A stretch of 38,799 nt of DNA, from NCBI GenBank assembly GCA_030637025.1, contig DAOVVV010000025.1, positions 1 to 38,799 on the forward strand, written 5' to 3'. Below are positions 1-10,292 of this stretch, piece by piece; the stretch's first letter is position 1, and every line of letters starts with the position of its first letter. This stretch comes from Clostridia bacterium. GTDB taxonomy: Bacteria; CBDUZB01; JAGLHV01. The notes under the pieces are model-generated. The model did not search any database. It was given only the letters and a program-made list of their open reading frames with translations, and was not told the origin of the DNA. The position numbers were made by a program, and so were the translations under genes.

Positions 1-9
1 AAAACTATT

Positions 10-1239
10 TCATCCTGAAATTTCTTTAAATTTTTTGGTTAAGGCAGGAACTACTTCAAAGAGATCTCCTTCAATACCGTAAGTAGCAACTTTAAAGATA
101 GGAGCATTAACATCACGATTTATAGCCACGATAATATCCGAAGATTGCATTCCTACTAAATGCTGAATCGCACCGGAAATACCACAGGCAATATAAATCT
201 TAGGACAAACAGTACGGCCTGTCTGACCCACTTGATGCGAGTAAGGTATCCATCCTTCATCTACTGCTGCCCGGCTTGCACCCACTGCACCTCCAACGGC
301 CTGTGCTAATTCCTCAATAAGTTTAAAATTTTTGGGGTCACCTAATCCCCGTCCCCCGGAAACAATAATATCCGCATCAGCTATATTAATCTTCTGGGTT
401 AAATCTTCTACCATATCCAACAATTTAGTACGACAGGTAAATGAATTTTCATCATATACCTTACGAATAATTTCCCCTTTTCTTCCTTCTTCCGGAGGCC
501 TCTTTTTAAATACTTTATGCCTTACCGTAGCCATTTGAGGACGATGATACGGGGTTTTAATAGTAGCCATAATATTTCCCCCGAAAGCCGGCCGGGTCTG
601 CAATAAAATTTTTTCCTGCGTATCTATTTCCAATCCTGTACAATCCGCAGTCAAACCGGTATGTATACGCGCAGCTATGCGGGAAGCAAAAGAACGGCCT
701 ATGGTTGTAGCTCCCATAAGAATAATCTGGGGTTTTTCTTTCCTGATTAAATCAGCTAAAATATCAGTATAAGGATCGTCCTGAAATTCTTTCAATATTG
801 GATGTTCAACCAAATAAACTATATCCGCCCCATGGGCAATTAATTGATTAGCTTCTTTTTCTACGTTTTCACCCAACAGCACAGCAGCTACTTTTTCTTT
901 AAGCTGCCCGGACAGACGGCAAGCTTCATTCAATAATTCATAAGCTACCCCCTGTACTTTCCCTTTTTTCTGTTCGGCAAAAACCCATATATTTTTATAT
1001 TCCTTTAAATCGACTACCGGCTCTTTTACTTCTTTTTTAATAACTATTGCCCCAAAAGGACATGCCTCTTCACAAGCTCCGCACAAATTACACCCAGCAT
1101 CAATGACAGCAATCTTTTTATATTTAGAATGAGGTTTTCCTGCTTCTTCACGCGAAACAATCTTAATCATCCCAAAAGGGCAACTTTTCACACATAAAGA
1201 ACAACCCGTACATTTATCTTCTAAAATTTTTATGCTCAT
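10..1239 (-). CDS. etfA: Electron transfer flavoprotein alpha subunit with N-terminal 2x[4Fe-4S] ferredoxin domain (CarE-like)
   Basis: N-terminal CTGCSLCVKSCP and CNLCGACEEACP ferredoxin motifs; EtfA motifs GLTADCT, RPAFGGN, VSGGRG, GASRAAVD, QVGQTG, GISGAIQH. Confidence 0.95.
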   Translation of the reverse strand: MSIKILEDKCTGCSLCVKSCPFGMIKIVSREEAGKPHSKYKKIAVIDAGCNLCGACEEACPFGAIVIKKEVKEPVVDLKEYKNIWVFAEQKKGKVQGVAYELLNEACRLSGQLKEKVAAVLLGENVEKEANQLIAHGADIVYLVEHPILKEFQDDPYTDILADLIRKEKPQIILMGATTIGRSFASRIAARIHTGLTADCTGLEIDTQEKILLQTRPAFGGNIMATIKTPYHRPQMATVRHKVFKKRPPEEGRKGEIIRKVYDENSFTCRTKLLDMVEDLTQKINIADADIIVSGGRGLGDPKNFKLIEELAQAVGGAVGASRAAVDEGWIPYSHQVGQTGRTVCPKIYIACGISGAIQHLVGMQSSDIIVAINRDVNAPIFKVATYGIEGDLFEVVPALTKKFKEISG

Positions 1240-2024
1240 TAAATCACCTTTGTTTCTTTTAATTTCTCCACTATTTTTTCTACTTGCTCTTCCACAGTAC
1301 CTAAAATCATTTCTCCTTTTCCTTTAAAAGGAGGAGCAAAAATTTTACTTACTAAAGTAGGAGAACCCACCTGCCCGATTCTATTAGTTTCAGCAGCAAT
1401 ATCCGCTGCATTCAAAATAGTAATTTGTGTTTTCTTAGCTTTCATCATTCCTCTTAAAGAAGGAAGCCTGGGATCATTAATCTCTTTAACAACAGTAATT
1501 AAAGCCGGTAAAGGTAATTGAATTGCTGCATATCCTTCTTCCATTAATCTTTCCACACATATTTTATCTTCTTCTATCTTTTCAATTTTTTTAACATAAG
1601 TTACACAGGGAATATTTAATTCTTCGGCAATACCCGGTCCTACTTGCGCAGTATCCCCATCTATCGCCTGTTTACCGCAAATAATTAAATCAAAATCCCC
1701 AATTTTTTTAATACTTCTGGCTAAGGTATAAGCTGTGGCTAATGTATCCGAAGCGGCAAAAGCGCGATCAGAAACAAGCACGGCTTCATCACACCCAAGA
1801 GATATTGCCTCTTTTAAAGCAGTTTCTGCCTGAGGAGGACCCATAGTCAACACCGTAACGATACCCCCTACTTTTTCCTTAATCCGTAATCCCTCCTCAA
1901 TTGCATACATATCAAAAGGATTAATAATTGATTCTACCCCTTCACGAACAAGGGTATTGGTTTCCGGATTAATTTTCACTTCAGTGGTCGCAGGAACTTG
2001 CTTTATACATACTACAATATTCAC
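1239..2024 (-). CDS. etfB: Electron transfer flavoprotein beta subunit
   Basis: VCIKQVP, INPFD, MGPPQA, SDTLAT, GKQAIDGDTAQVGP, PRLPS; GTG start with GGAG upstream; stop overlaps the etfA ATG (TAATG). Confidence 0.95.
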   Translation of the reverse strand: MNIVVCIKQVPATTEVKINPETNTLVREGVESIINPFDMYAIEEGLRIKEKVGGIVTVLTMGPPQAETALKEAISLGCDEAVLVSDRAFAASDTLATAYTLARSIKKIGDFDLIICGKQAIDGDTAQVGPGIAEELNIPCVTYVKKIEKIEEDKICVERLMEEGYAAIQLPLPALITVVKEINDPRLPSLRGMMKAKKTQITILNAADIAAETNRIGQVGSPTLVSKIFAPPFKGKGEMILGTVEEQVEKIVEKLKETKVI

Positions 2025-2149
2025 AAAAAACTCCTTTTATTCTTTTACTTTGTATCTCTAGGCCTTGAACCTTCGTGCCTTTTTTTAATTGTCTTTTGCT
2101 TTTTATCTGTTATGGACTGTCCGTTGTCTTTGTCTTTTAACCGTCTTTA

Positions 2150-3310
2150 TTATTTGCTTCTTGCTGCTTCTTTAATCAAAGCAAGGGCTATTTCATCTCT
2201 CTGAATCTGACTGGTTCCCTCATAAATTTGAGTAATTTTAGCATCACGCATTCTCTTTTCCATCGGATATTCCTTCATATATCCATATCCACCAAAAACC
2301 TGCAAGGCATCAACAGTTACTTCCATCGCTACATCAGAAGCAAATAGTTTACTCATTGCCGAGCATTTAGTTGCTCTTGCTTTGGGATCATCATCTATCG
2401 TTCTTGCCGTAGCATAAATAAGAGCCCTTGCCGCCTCTACTTTGGTAGCCATATCAGCTAACATATGTTGCACTGCCTGAAAAGAGGAAATAGGCCGCCC
2501 AAATTGAATTCTTTCCCTGGAATATTTAACAGCATCTTCTAGGGCACCCGCGGCAATACCTAAAGCCTGTGCAGCTACACCCGGTCTGGAAGCATCAAAA
2601 GTTTTCATAGTGATAATAAATCCCTGTCCCTCTCTGGATATTAAATTTTCTTTCGGTATTTTACATTCATTAAATATTAATTCTCTGGTAGACGAAGCAC
2701 GAATACCCATTTTATTTTCTTTCTTTCCAAAGGAAAAACCAGGCGTGTCTTTTTCTACAATAAATGCTGAAGCTCCCCGCGGCCCCTTGGTCTTATTTGT
2801 CATGGCAATTATCACATACATTTCTGCTTCTCCTCCGTTAGTGATAAAACACTTGGTTCCGTTTAGTATGTAAAAATCCCCCTCTTTTCTGGCAGTAGTT
2901 TGAATACCTGCCGCATCACTCCCTGCATTAGCCTCAGTTACTGCAAAAGCAGCAATTTTTTTTCCACTGGCAATATCAGGTAAAAACTTCTTCTTTTGTT
3001 CCTCTGTACCAAAAAGAAGCAGGGGAAAAGTAGCCAGTGCAGTCGCAGCTACGCAAAGAGCAATACCTCCATCTATTTTACATAATTCTTCCACACATAA
3101 ACATAATTCTAAAACCCCACCCCCAAACCCTCCGTATTCCTGAGGAATATATAAGCCGCATAAATCAGCATCGGCTAAAGCTTTTACTACTTCCCAAGGA
3201 AATTCTTCACTTTCATCGTATTGTTCTCTGACCGGTTTCATCTTTTCCTCTGCTATCTTTTTAGCCAACTCTTTTATCATCTGCTGTTCTTCACTAAGAA
3301 AATAATTCAT
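2150..3310 (-). CDS. Acyl-CoA dehydrogenase (butyryl-CoA dehydrogenase / CarC-like)
   Basis: AFAVTEANAGSD, LNGTKCFITNG, KMGIRAS, RIQFGRPI, QVFGGYGY, IYEGTSQIQR; GGAGGAGG RBS; directly upstream of etfBA. Confidence 0.93.
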   Translation of the reverse strand: MNYFLSEEQQMIKELAKKIAEEKMKPVREQYDESEEFPWEVVKALADADLCGLYIPQEYGGFGGGVLELCLCVEELCKIDGGIALCVAATALATFPLLLFGTEEQKKKFLPDIASGKKIAAFAVTEANAGSDAAGIQTTARKEGDFYILNGTKCFITNGGEAEMYVIIAMTNKTKGPRGASAFIVEKDTPGFSFGKKENKMGIRASSTRELIFNECKIPKENLISREGQGFIITMKTFDASRPGVAAQALGIAAGALEDAVKYSRERIQFGRPISSFQAVQHMLADMATKVEAARALIYATARTIDDDPKARATKCSAMSKLFASDVAMEVTVDALQVFGGYGYMKEYPMEKRMRDAKITQIYEGTSQIQRDEIALALIKEAARSK

Positions 3311-3346
3311 ACTTTTCCTCCTCCAATAAACCTTAAATAATAGTTT

Positions 3347-4036
3347 TTATTTATTTTTTTTAATTTTATCCATTTTACTTAAAGCATCTTTTGCTGCTCT
3401 TTGTTCTGCTTCTTTTTTGTTTTTACCTGAACCCAAACCCATGACTTTATCTTTCCAAAAAACTTCTATCTCAAATATTTTTCTATGGTCAGGCCCCGCT
3501 TCCTTCACTACTCTATACTGAGGAACTACTTTATCACTACTTTGAACAATTTCCTGAAGATTACTTTTATAATCTTCAGGAGTAAAAGAAACTTTTTTTA
3601 TCCTTTCCTCAATAAACCCCTGCACAACATTAAAACCCTGGTCTAAATAGAGTGCACCAATTAAAGCTTCCATTCCATTAGAAAGTAATGAAGAACGTTT
3701 TCTCCCGCCGGAAAAAACTTCTCCTTTTCCAAATAATAAATATTTTCCCAGATCTATTTCTTTGGCCCAAAAAGCAAGAATAGCCCTGCTAACTAAATTA
3801 GCCTTTAATTTAGACAACTGTCCTTCGTCATATTCTTTATGCTTTTTATATAAAAAAGAACTTACCACTGCGGATAAAATACTATCCCCTAAAAATTCTA
3901 ATCGTTCATTCCATTCAGTCTTTTCGTTCTCAAAAGCATAAGACTTATGAGTTAATGCCTGTTCAAGCAATTTTTTATTATTAAATTTAATTTTTATTAT
4001 GTTCTCTAATTCTTTTCTCAAACTTCCCACATTCAA
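3347..4036 (-). CDS. rnc: Ribonuclease III
   Basis: ALTHKS, NERLEFLGDS signature, EALIGALYLDQG, C-terminal dsRBD (DYKSNLQE...GPDH...KKEAEQRAA); TTG start, exact start uncertain. Confidence 0.95.
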   Translation of the reverse strand: MNVGSLRKELENIIKIKFNNKKLLEQALTHKSYAFENEKTEWNERLEFLGDSILSAVVSSFLYKKHKEYDEGQLSKLKANLVSRAILAFWAKEIDLGKYLLFGKGEVFSGGRKRSSLLSNGMEALIGALYLDQGFNVVQGFIEERIKKVSFTPEDYKSNLQEIVQSSDKVVPQYRVVKEAGPDHRKIFEIEVFWKDKVMGLGSGKNKKEAEQRAAKDALSKMDKIKKNK

Positions 4037-4090
4037 TTATATCCTTATTACCCAATATTTTATAAAATTCAAACAAATTATTTAATTTTT

Positions 4091-5332
4091 TTATTTTTCA
4101 TATTTTTTCACTACCAGAGAAGCATTATGTCCCCCAAACCCTAATGAATTAGAAAGAGCAACTTTCACTTTTTTAGGACGACTTTTATTCGGAACATAAT
4201 CTAAATCGCAATCAGGATCGGGGAATTCATAATTCATAGTAGGATGAATAATTTCATCTCTCATGCTTAAAATGCAAGCAACGAACTCTACAGCACCGGC
4301 TGCACCTAAAAGATGACCTGTCATAGATTTAGTAGAAGAAATAGGTACTTTATAAGCATAGTCTCCAAAAACTTTTTTTATGGCTAAAGTTTCTGTTTTA
4401 TCATTTAAAGGAGTAGATGTTCCATGTGCATTAATATAATCAACTTCCCCGGGATTTATTCCTGCATCTTTTAAAGCTAATTTCATTGCCTCAGAAGAAG
4501 CCCCGGCTGTTGATTCCGGAGCAGTTATATGAAAAGCATCATCTGTTGCTCTATAACCTACCAATTCAGCATAAATATGAGCCCCTCTTTTTTGAGCATG
4601 TTCTAATGATTCCAGGACTACTATTCCCGCCCCTTCCCCCATTATAAATCCATCTCGCTGAGCATCAAAAGGACGGGAAGCTTTTTGCGGTGCGTCATTT
4701 CTCGTAGATAATGCTTTCAGAGAACAAAAGCCTGCAAAACCTAAGGGAGTAATAGCCGCCTCTGCTCCTCCGGCAATCATTACCTCTGCATCACCATAAC
4801 GAATAAAACGCATAGCTTCTCCTATAGCATGACTCGAACTGGCACAAGCAGAAGAAAGTGAAAAATTAGGACCTTTCATTCCATAAAGTATAGCAATTTC
4901 TCCCGGAGCTATATTAGTTATTATTTTCGGAATTAAAAAAGGACTCACCCGTCGCGGCCCTTTATCCAGAAGGACCTTATGTTCATTCTCAATAGTCTGA
5001 AGTCCTCCCATCCCGCATCCGAGAATGACTCCTACCTGGTAAGGATCTTCTTCTTCCATTTTCAATCGAGCATCTTCTATTGCCAGTTTACCTGAGGCTA
5101 AAGCAAATTGAACAAATCGATCCATTCGCTTTATCTTTTTTTTCTCTATATAAAGTTCCGGTTGAAAATCTTTCACTTCTGCATCAATGTGGGAATTATA
5201 TTTAGTTACATCAAAAAAAGAAAGTTGCCCCACTCCCGATTCCCCGGCTAATAATGCTTTCCAGAATTTATCCTTACCTATCCCAATAGGAGAAATAACA
5301 TCCATCCCGGTAATTACTACTCGTCGTTTCAT
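4091..5332 (-). CDS. fabF: 3-oxoacyl-ACP synthase II
   Basis: RRVVITG, catalytic SACASS (Cys), AHGTST and GHLLGAAG (His, His), NSLGFGGHN. Confidence 0.97.
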   Translation of the reverse strand: MKRRVVITGMDVISPIGIGKDKFWKALLAGESGVGQLSFFDVTKYNSHIDAEVKDFQPELYIEKKKIKRMDRFVQFALASGKLAIEDARLKMEEEDPYQVGVILGCGMGGLQTIENEHKVLLDKGPRRVSPFLIPKIITNIAPGEIAILYGMKGPNFSLSSACASSSHAIGEAMRFIRYGDAEVMIAGGAEAAITPLGFAGFCSLKALSTRNDAPQKASRPFDAQRDGFIMGEGAGIVVLESLEHAQKRGAHIYAELVGYRATDDAFHITAPESTAGASSEAMKLALKDAGINPGEVDYINAHGTSTPLNDKTETLAIKKVFGDYAYKVPISSTKSMTGHLLGAAGAVEFVACILSMRDEIIHPTMNYEFPDPDCDLDYVPNKSRPKKVKVALSNSLGFGGHNASLVVKKYEK

Positions 5333-5451
5333 CTTCTCTCCTTAATTTCTTTTATATTTAGCTTCTTTTTTAGTTTTATTTTTTGATTATTGGTATTCAA
5401 TATGAATTGAAAAATAAATTTTTCCCATAAATTATCTATAAAAGAAACTGT

Positions 5452-5487
5452 AAGGGTGGCAAGGTATAAACAAACCTTATCACCCTT
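5452..5487. terminator. Imperfect hairpin between acpP and fabF (possible terminator or processing/stability stem)
   Basis: aagggtg-gc-aaggt / acctt-at-caccctt inverted repeat with an 8-nt loop; T-rich sequence on both sides, but no clean U-tract directly after it on the minus strand. Confidence 0.4.
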
Positions 5488-5655
5488 TTACTTGTTCCAC
5501 CACCTTCAATTTGCTTTTCTTTTAAAAAGCTTTAAAAAACTTATCTGCTTACCTCTTTATCAAGACGAAAACAAACATTTTAAAACAATTGTATAGATTT
5601 ACAACCTATTCAAATCACCTATTTCAATCCATTATTTATTAATCAATACTAATTT

Positions 5656-5892
5656 TTATTGATTAACCCGAGCTTTTATATACTCAAGTGCTTTACCTAC
5701 TGAATCCAATTTTTCTGTCTCTTCTTCAGGTATTTCTATGTCAAACTCTTCTTCTAAAGCAATTATTAATTCTACTGTATCCAAAGAATCTGCACCCAGA
5801 TCGTTAACGAAAGAAGCTTGCGGAGTAACCTGCTCAGCATCCACTCCTAACTGGTCAACTATTATTTCCTTTACTCTATCTTCTACTCCCAT
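5656..5892 (-). CDS. acpP: Acyl carrier protein
   Basis: DLGADSLD phosphopantetheine Ser motif; start moved to the ATG at 5892 (MGVEDRVK) because GGAGGTG lies at 5901-5907. Confidence 0.96.
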   Translation of the reverse strand: MGVEDRVKEIIVDQLGVDAEQVTPQASFVNDLGADSLDTVELIIALEEEFDIEIPEEETEKLDSVGKALEYIKARVNQ

Positions 5893-5929
5893 TCTTTTCT
5901 CACCTCCTATCCTAAAACTATTTTTTTTT

Positions 5930-6670
5930 CTATATAGCCATTCCACCATCTAATTTAACTACCTCACCGGTAATATAATTAGATTCATCGGAAGACAAAA
6001 AAACACATAAATCAGCAACATCCTCTGCTTCCCCAAAACGCTTTAAAGGTATTTGTTGATTTATCTTTTCTTTTATTTCCGGAGATAACTTATCTGTCAT
6101 TTTAGTACGAATAAAACCCGGAGCAATAGCATTAACATTAATATTACGTGAAGCAAATTCCTTAGCCCATGACTTGGTTAAAGAAATTACTCCACCCTTT
6201 GAAGCTGCGTAATTAGATTGACCCGCATTGCCGATTATTCCTATAATAGAAGCAATGTTTACTATCTTTCCCCACCGCTGCTTCATCATCGACCGTATAA
6301 CTGTTTTTGTACAATTAAAAACACCTTTGAGGTTAATACTTATAACTTTGTCCCAATCTTCTTCTTTCATTCGTAGCAATAAATTATCGCGGGTAATCCC
6401 GGCATTGTTAATTAATATATCAATTCTACCAAATTTGTCAAGTATTTTTTTTACCATTTCTTCTACGGAAGAAATTTGCGACACATCTACAGCAACAGCT
6501 AAGGATTCTCCACCTTGCTCGGTTATTTGAGAAGCAGTATTTAAACTAAATTCTTCAATAACATCGGCTACTACGACTTTCGCGCCTAACCGGCTAAATT
6601 TTAAAGCAACAGCTTTCCCAATTCCTCCCCCCGCACCGGTAACCAAAACCACTTTTTCTGCTAATCCCAT
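5930..6670 (-). CDS. fabG: 3-oxoacyl-ACP reductase
   Basis: [30 protein letters not shown]; position in the fab cluster. Confidence 0.96.
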   Translation of the reverse strand: MGLAEKVVLVTGAGGGIGKAVALKFSRLGAKVVVADVIEEFSLNTASQITEQGGESLAVAVDVSQISSVEEMVKKILDKFGRIDILINNAGITRDNLLLRMKEEDWDKVISINLKGVFNCTKTVIRSMMKQRWGKIVNIASIIGIIGNAGQSNYAASKGGVISLTKSWAKEFASRNINVNAIAPGFIRTKMTDKLSPEIKEKINQQIPLKRFGEAEDVADLCVFLSSDESNYITGEVVKLDGGMAI

Positions 6671-6756
6671 TTTTTACCTCCTCTCTTCCGATATACTTTA
6701 AATTATTTATTTTTATATTTTAAAATTAATCCAATAACAAAAATATTTTTCAATCT

Positions 6757-7743
6757 TTAATTTTTTAACACCTGTAATGCCTTTTCCAATGTACTTTGAT
6801 TTTCTATGTTTACTACTTTTACATCCTTATTAATCCGGCGCAAGAGACCTGATAAAACTCTCCCCGGACCTACTTCAATAAAAATATTTACACCATAATC
6901 AATCATTTTTAAAATACTTTTTTCCCATAATACAGGATTATCAATCTGTTTTATTAAAGCTTTCTTTATGTCTTGCTCTTTAAAACTTAATTCTGCATTA
7001 TAATTCATTATAACAGGAATCCTTGCATTTTTAAACTCTACCTTTTCCACTTCCCGGGAAAATTTTTCTTCGGCAGAAAACATTAATTTAGAATGAAAAG
7101 GACCACTCACATTTAAAAGAATTGCTCTTTTAGCCCCCGCCACGCGGGCAAGGTTTGTCACTCTCTCACAAGACTCATTATGTCCGGCAACAACAATTTG
7201 CTGAGGAGAATTAAAATTTACCGGCTCTACAACTAAATTCATTTCCTTTTCCACCTTGCTGCAAATTTCTTCTACTATTTCTTTTTTTAACCCAATAATT
7301 GCTGCCATTTTTCCGGGATTTTCCAAAGAAGCCTGTTTAATTAATTTTCCTCTTTGATTTATAAGAGCTAATATAGCAGAAAAGTCTAAAACATTTGCCG
7401 CAAATAAAGCAGAATATTCTCCTAAACTATGCCCTGCCACTGCTACTATTTTATCACTCAAATCCGGCAAACAATTTTGTATAAATACTTTTAAAAAAGC
7501 AATACTGGTAACAAAAATTGCAGGTTGAGTAATTTCGGTTTTTTGCAAATCAGCTTCATTTCCTTCGAAAATATATTTTTCTAAATCAAAATCCAGAAGA
7601 TCATTCGCTTGCTGAAAAACTTCTCTGGCTACATCATAATTATCAAAGAACTCTTTTCCCATACCAACATATTGAGACCCCTGTCCGGGAAAAAGTAAAC
7701 CGATTTTAATCCCCTGATCAATAGATTTTAATTCTTCTTGCAT
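6757..7743 (-). CDS. fabD: Malonyl-CoA:ACP transacylase
   Basis: FPGQGSQ, TQPAI, GHSLGEY, VSGPFHS, EVGPG. Confidence 0.96.
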   Translation of the reverse strand: MQEELKSIDQGIKIGLLFPGQGSQYVGMGKEFFDNYDVAREVFQQANDLLDFDLEKYIFEGNEADLQKTEITQPAIFVTSIAFLKVFIQNCLPDLSDKIVAVAGHSLGEYSALFAANVLDFSAILALINQRGKLIKQASLENPGKMAAIIGLKKEIVEEICSKVEKEMNLVVEPVNFNSPQQIVVAGHNESCERVTNLARVAGAKRAILLNVSGPFHSKLMFSAEEKFSREVEKVEFKNARIPVIMNYNAELSFKEQDIKKALIKQIDNPVLWEKSILKMIDYGVNIFIEVGPGRVLSGLLRRINKDVKVVNIENQSTLEKALQVLKN

Positions 7744-7820
7744 CTTTTATTTCCTATCTCTGCTAAAATATAAATACAGCTTGTTTAAACAAGATTATTT
7801 TCATTTTATTAAGTACAAAA

Positions 7821-8801
7821 CTACCAACGAATTAAACAAGCACCACTGGTAAAACCTGCACCAAAAGCCACCAACATCAAAAGATCGCCCTCCTTTATGT
7901 CCTTTTCTCTAATTACCTCATCTAATCCTACTGCCGTAGTCGCTGCTGACATATTTCCATATTTATGAATATTTAAAAAAACCCTTTCCATAGAAACCCC
8001 TACCCTCTTCGCCACAGCATTAATTATCCGGGTATTAGCCTGATGAGGAATAATAAATTTAACATCTTCCCATTTCAAATTATTTCTGCTGACAACCTCA
8101 TTTGCTGCTTTAATCATTGATTGAATAGCTATCTTAAAAACTTCATTCCCTTTCATTTTCAAAAAATGAAGCCTTTCCTTTACTGAATTTTCTGTTGCCG
8201 GTATCCTTGAACCACCGGCAGGCATATTTAATAGACCCTGATAATTCCCATCAGAATTTAAATATATCTCCATAAGCCCCCTCTGGGTTTCTTCTCTACG
8301 CAATACAGCAGCACCTGCCCCATCACCAAACAAAATACAAGTATTCCTATCCTGCCAATCAGTAACACTGGAAAGTGTCTCTGCAGCAACTACCAAAGCA
8401 GTCTTGTAAGTCCCCATCTGAAGATATTGCTTAACACAAGAAAGACCATAAATAAATCCGGTACAAGCGGCATTTAAATCAAAACAAACGGCATTCTTAG
8501 CCCCCAACTTAGCCTGAAGAACGCAGGCGGTAGAAGGAAAAGGCATATCCGGAGTAATTGTAGCAACAACCAGTAATTCTATTTCTTCCGGCTTAAGACC
8601 CGCTGTTATTAAAGCTTTTTTACTTGCTTCCAATGCCAGGTCACTGGTCGCTTGATTATCAGCAGCTATTCTTCTCTGTCGAATACCGGTCCTGGTAATA
8701 ATCCATTCATCATTAGTATCTACCATTTTTTCTAAATCAGAATTAGTCAAAATTTTTTCCGGCAAATAAGAACCGGTACCAATTATTCTTGCTTTATACA
8801 A
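7821..8801 (-). CDS. fabH: 3-oxoacyl-ACP synthase III
   Basis: WIITRTGI, AACTGF (Cys), FGDGAGA, PHQAN, GNMSAA, FGAG. Confidence 0.96.
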   Translation of the reverse strand: MYKARIIGTGSYLPEKILTNSDLEKMVDTNDEWIITRTGIRQRRIAADNQATSDLALEASKKALITAGLKPEEIELLVVATITPDMPFPSTACVLQAKLGAKNAVCFDLNAACTGFIYGLSCVKQYLQMGTYKTALVVAAETLSSVTDWQDRNTCILFGDGAGAAVLRREETQRGLMEIYLNSDGNYQGLLNMPAGGSRIPATENSVKERLHFLKMKGNEVFKIAIQSMIKAANEVVSRNNLKWEDVKFIIPHQANTRIINAVAKRVGVSMERVFLNIHKYGNMSAATTAVGLDEVIREKDIKEGDLLMLVAFGAGFTSGACLIRW

Positions 8802-8803
8802 TT

Positions 8804-9802
8804 TTATTCACCATTATATTTATTAATTTGGGCACAAATCTCTTGATTAATACTTTTAGAAATTAATTCAAAAGCTACCCTAATTGCACTTTTAATTGCT
8901 TTGTCACTGGAACTTCCGTGGCAAATAATAGAAAGCCCGCTAACGCCTAATAAAGGTGCTCCTCCATATTCTTCATAATTAATTTTCTTTTTGATATTTT
9001 TAAATGCTTTTTTTAATGAATATGCAGCTATTTTCCATAACGTTTTTCTCTTAATTTCCTCTTTAATCATGGTCAACATCATTTCAGATAATCCTTCTGC
9101 AAATTTCAAAATCATATTTCCCACAAAGCCATCGCATATTATTACATCGGCCTTTCCCTTGAGAATATCTTTGGCTTCTACATTACCCACAAAATTCAAA
9201 CCGCTTTTTTCTAATAAATTATAACTATTTACTCTCAGTTCATCCCCTTTAGTTGCTTCCCCTCCGATATTTAAAAGACCAATTCTGGGATAATCTATTC
9301 CAAAAATATCTTTAAAATAAACACTACCCATAATCGCAAATTGAAGTAAATGCTTAGCTTTACAATCAACATTTGCTCCTGCATCAATTACAGTACACAT
9401 GCCTTTTAAAGTAGGAAGTAAAGTAGCAATCGCCGGCCGATTTACCCCGGGTAATCTTTTTGAGTGCATTAAACTTGCGGCCATTATCGCCCCCGAATTA
9501 CCGGCGGAAACACACGCCTTTGCTTTCCCTTCTTTAACTAATCGTAAAGCAACCATAATGGAAGAATCTCTTTTTTGCCGGCAAGCATAAGCAGGTGAAT
9601 CATCCATGCTTATAATTTCCGAAGCGTGAACAACTTCTAAGGTTAGTTTGGAAATATCAAATAGTTTTAATTCTCTTTTTATTAGCTTTTCATCACCCAC
9701 TAAAACTACTTTGTAACCATACTCCTCACAAGACTGCACCGCTCCCCTTATTATTGCTTCTGGAGCATTATCACCACCCATTACATCAACTGCAATCCAC
9801 AT
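8804..9802 (-). CDS. plsX: Phosphate acyltransferase PlsX
   Basis: IAVDVMGGDNAP, SAGNSGA, RPAIA, DAGAN, DGFVGN, YGGAPLLG, HGSS. Confidence 0.96.
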   Translation of the reverse strand: MWIAVDVMGGDNAPEAIIRGAVQSCEEYGYKVVLVGDEKLIKRELKLFDISKLTLEVVHASEIISMDDSPAYACRQKRDSSIMVALRLVKEGKAKACVSAGNSGAIMAASLMHSKRLPGVNRPAIATLLPTLKGMCTVIDAGANVDCKAKHLLQFAIMGSVYFKDIFGIDYPRIGLLNIGGEATKGDELRVNSYNLLEKSGLNFVGNVEAKDILKGKADVIICDGFVGNMILKFAEGLSEMMLTMIKEEIKRKTLWKIAAYSLKKAFKNIKKKINYEEYGGAPLLGVSGLSIICHGSSSDKAIKSAIRVAFELISKSINQEICAQINKYNGE

Positions 9803-9823
9803 TTAATTCCTCCAGAAAATTTT

Positions 9824-10192
9824 CTATTTCTTCTTTTCCTTCTTTTTCTTCAGTTCCTTCAGTTCCTTCAGTTCCTTTTTTTCCTTCTTTCCCTTCTTTT
9901 CCTTCATTTCCTTCATTTCCTTCATTTCCTTCATTTCCTTCTTTTCCTTCAATTCCTTAATTTCTTTTGTTTCTTTTTTTTCTTTTGTTTCTTTTGTTTC
10001 TTTCTTGTCTTTCTTTTCTTTTATTTTAATTACCTCTTTCCCATTATAATAACCACACGATAAACATACATGATGAGGCAATTTAGACTGTTTACACTGT
10101 GGGCAAAAAGACACAGTAGATAAAGAAATTTTCCAGTTTGCTCTTCTTTTATCCCGCCTTGATTTTGAATGCCTTCTCTTTGGATTAGCCAT
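9824..10192 (-). CDS. rpmF: 50S ribosomal protein L32 (zinc-ribbon type) with long Lys/Glu-rich C-terminal extension
   Basis: MANPKRRHSKSRRDKRR, CPQC...PHHVCLSCGYY; start moved to 10192 (GGGAG RBS); upstream of plsX as usual. Confidence 0.93.
   Translation of the reverse strand: MANPKRRHSKSRRDKRRANWKISLSTVSFCPQCKQSKLPHHVCLSCGYYNGKEVIKIKEKKDKKETKETKEKKETKEIKELKEKKEMKEMKEMKEMKEKKGKKEKKELKELKELKKKKEKKK
9831..10015. repeat. Degenerate 9-bp tandem repeats encoding KE-x triplets in the L32 tail
   Basis: Consecutive ttccttcag, ttccttcat and tttcttttg units giving (KEL)n, (KEM)n and (KET)n. Confidence 0.85.
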
Positions 10193-10292
10193 TTTTTTCT
10201 CCCTTTTATTTACCAAAATACTTTATTTAAAACAAACACTAAAAATATTTTGTATTAAAATTAATCACTTCTTTTAAAAATAGATGCTTGTT

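Noticed and set aside
5893-5949. Longer N-termini given by the ORF track for acpP (and for rpmF, acpS, mlaF, rplI, ssb)
   Set aside because: Downstream ATGs have clear Shine-Dalgarno sequences and match family N-termini
9754-9960. + strand ORF with (PSF)n repeats
   Set aside because: It is the antisense reading of the 9-bp repeats in the L32 tail
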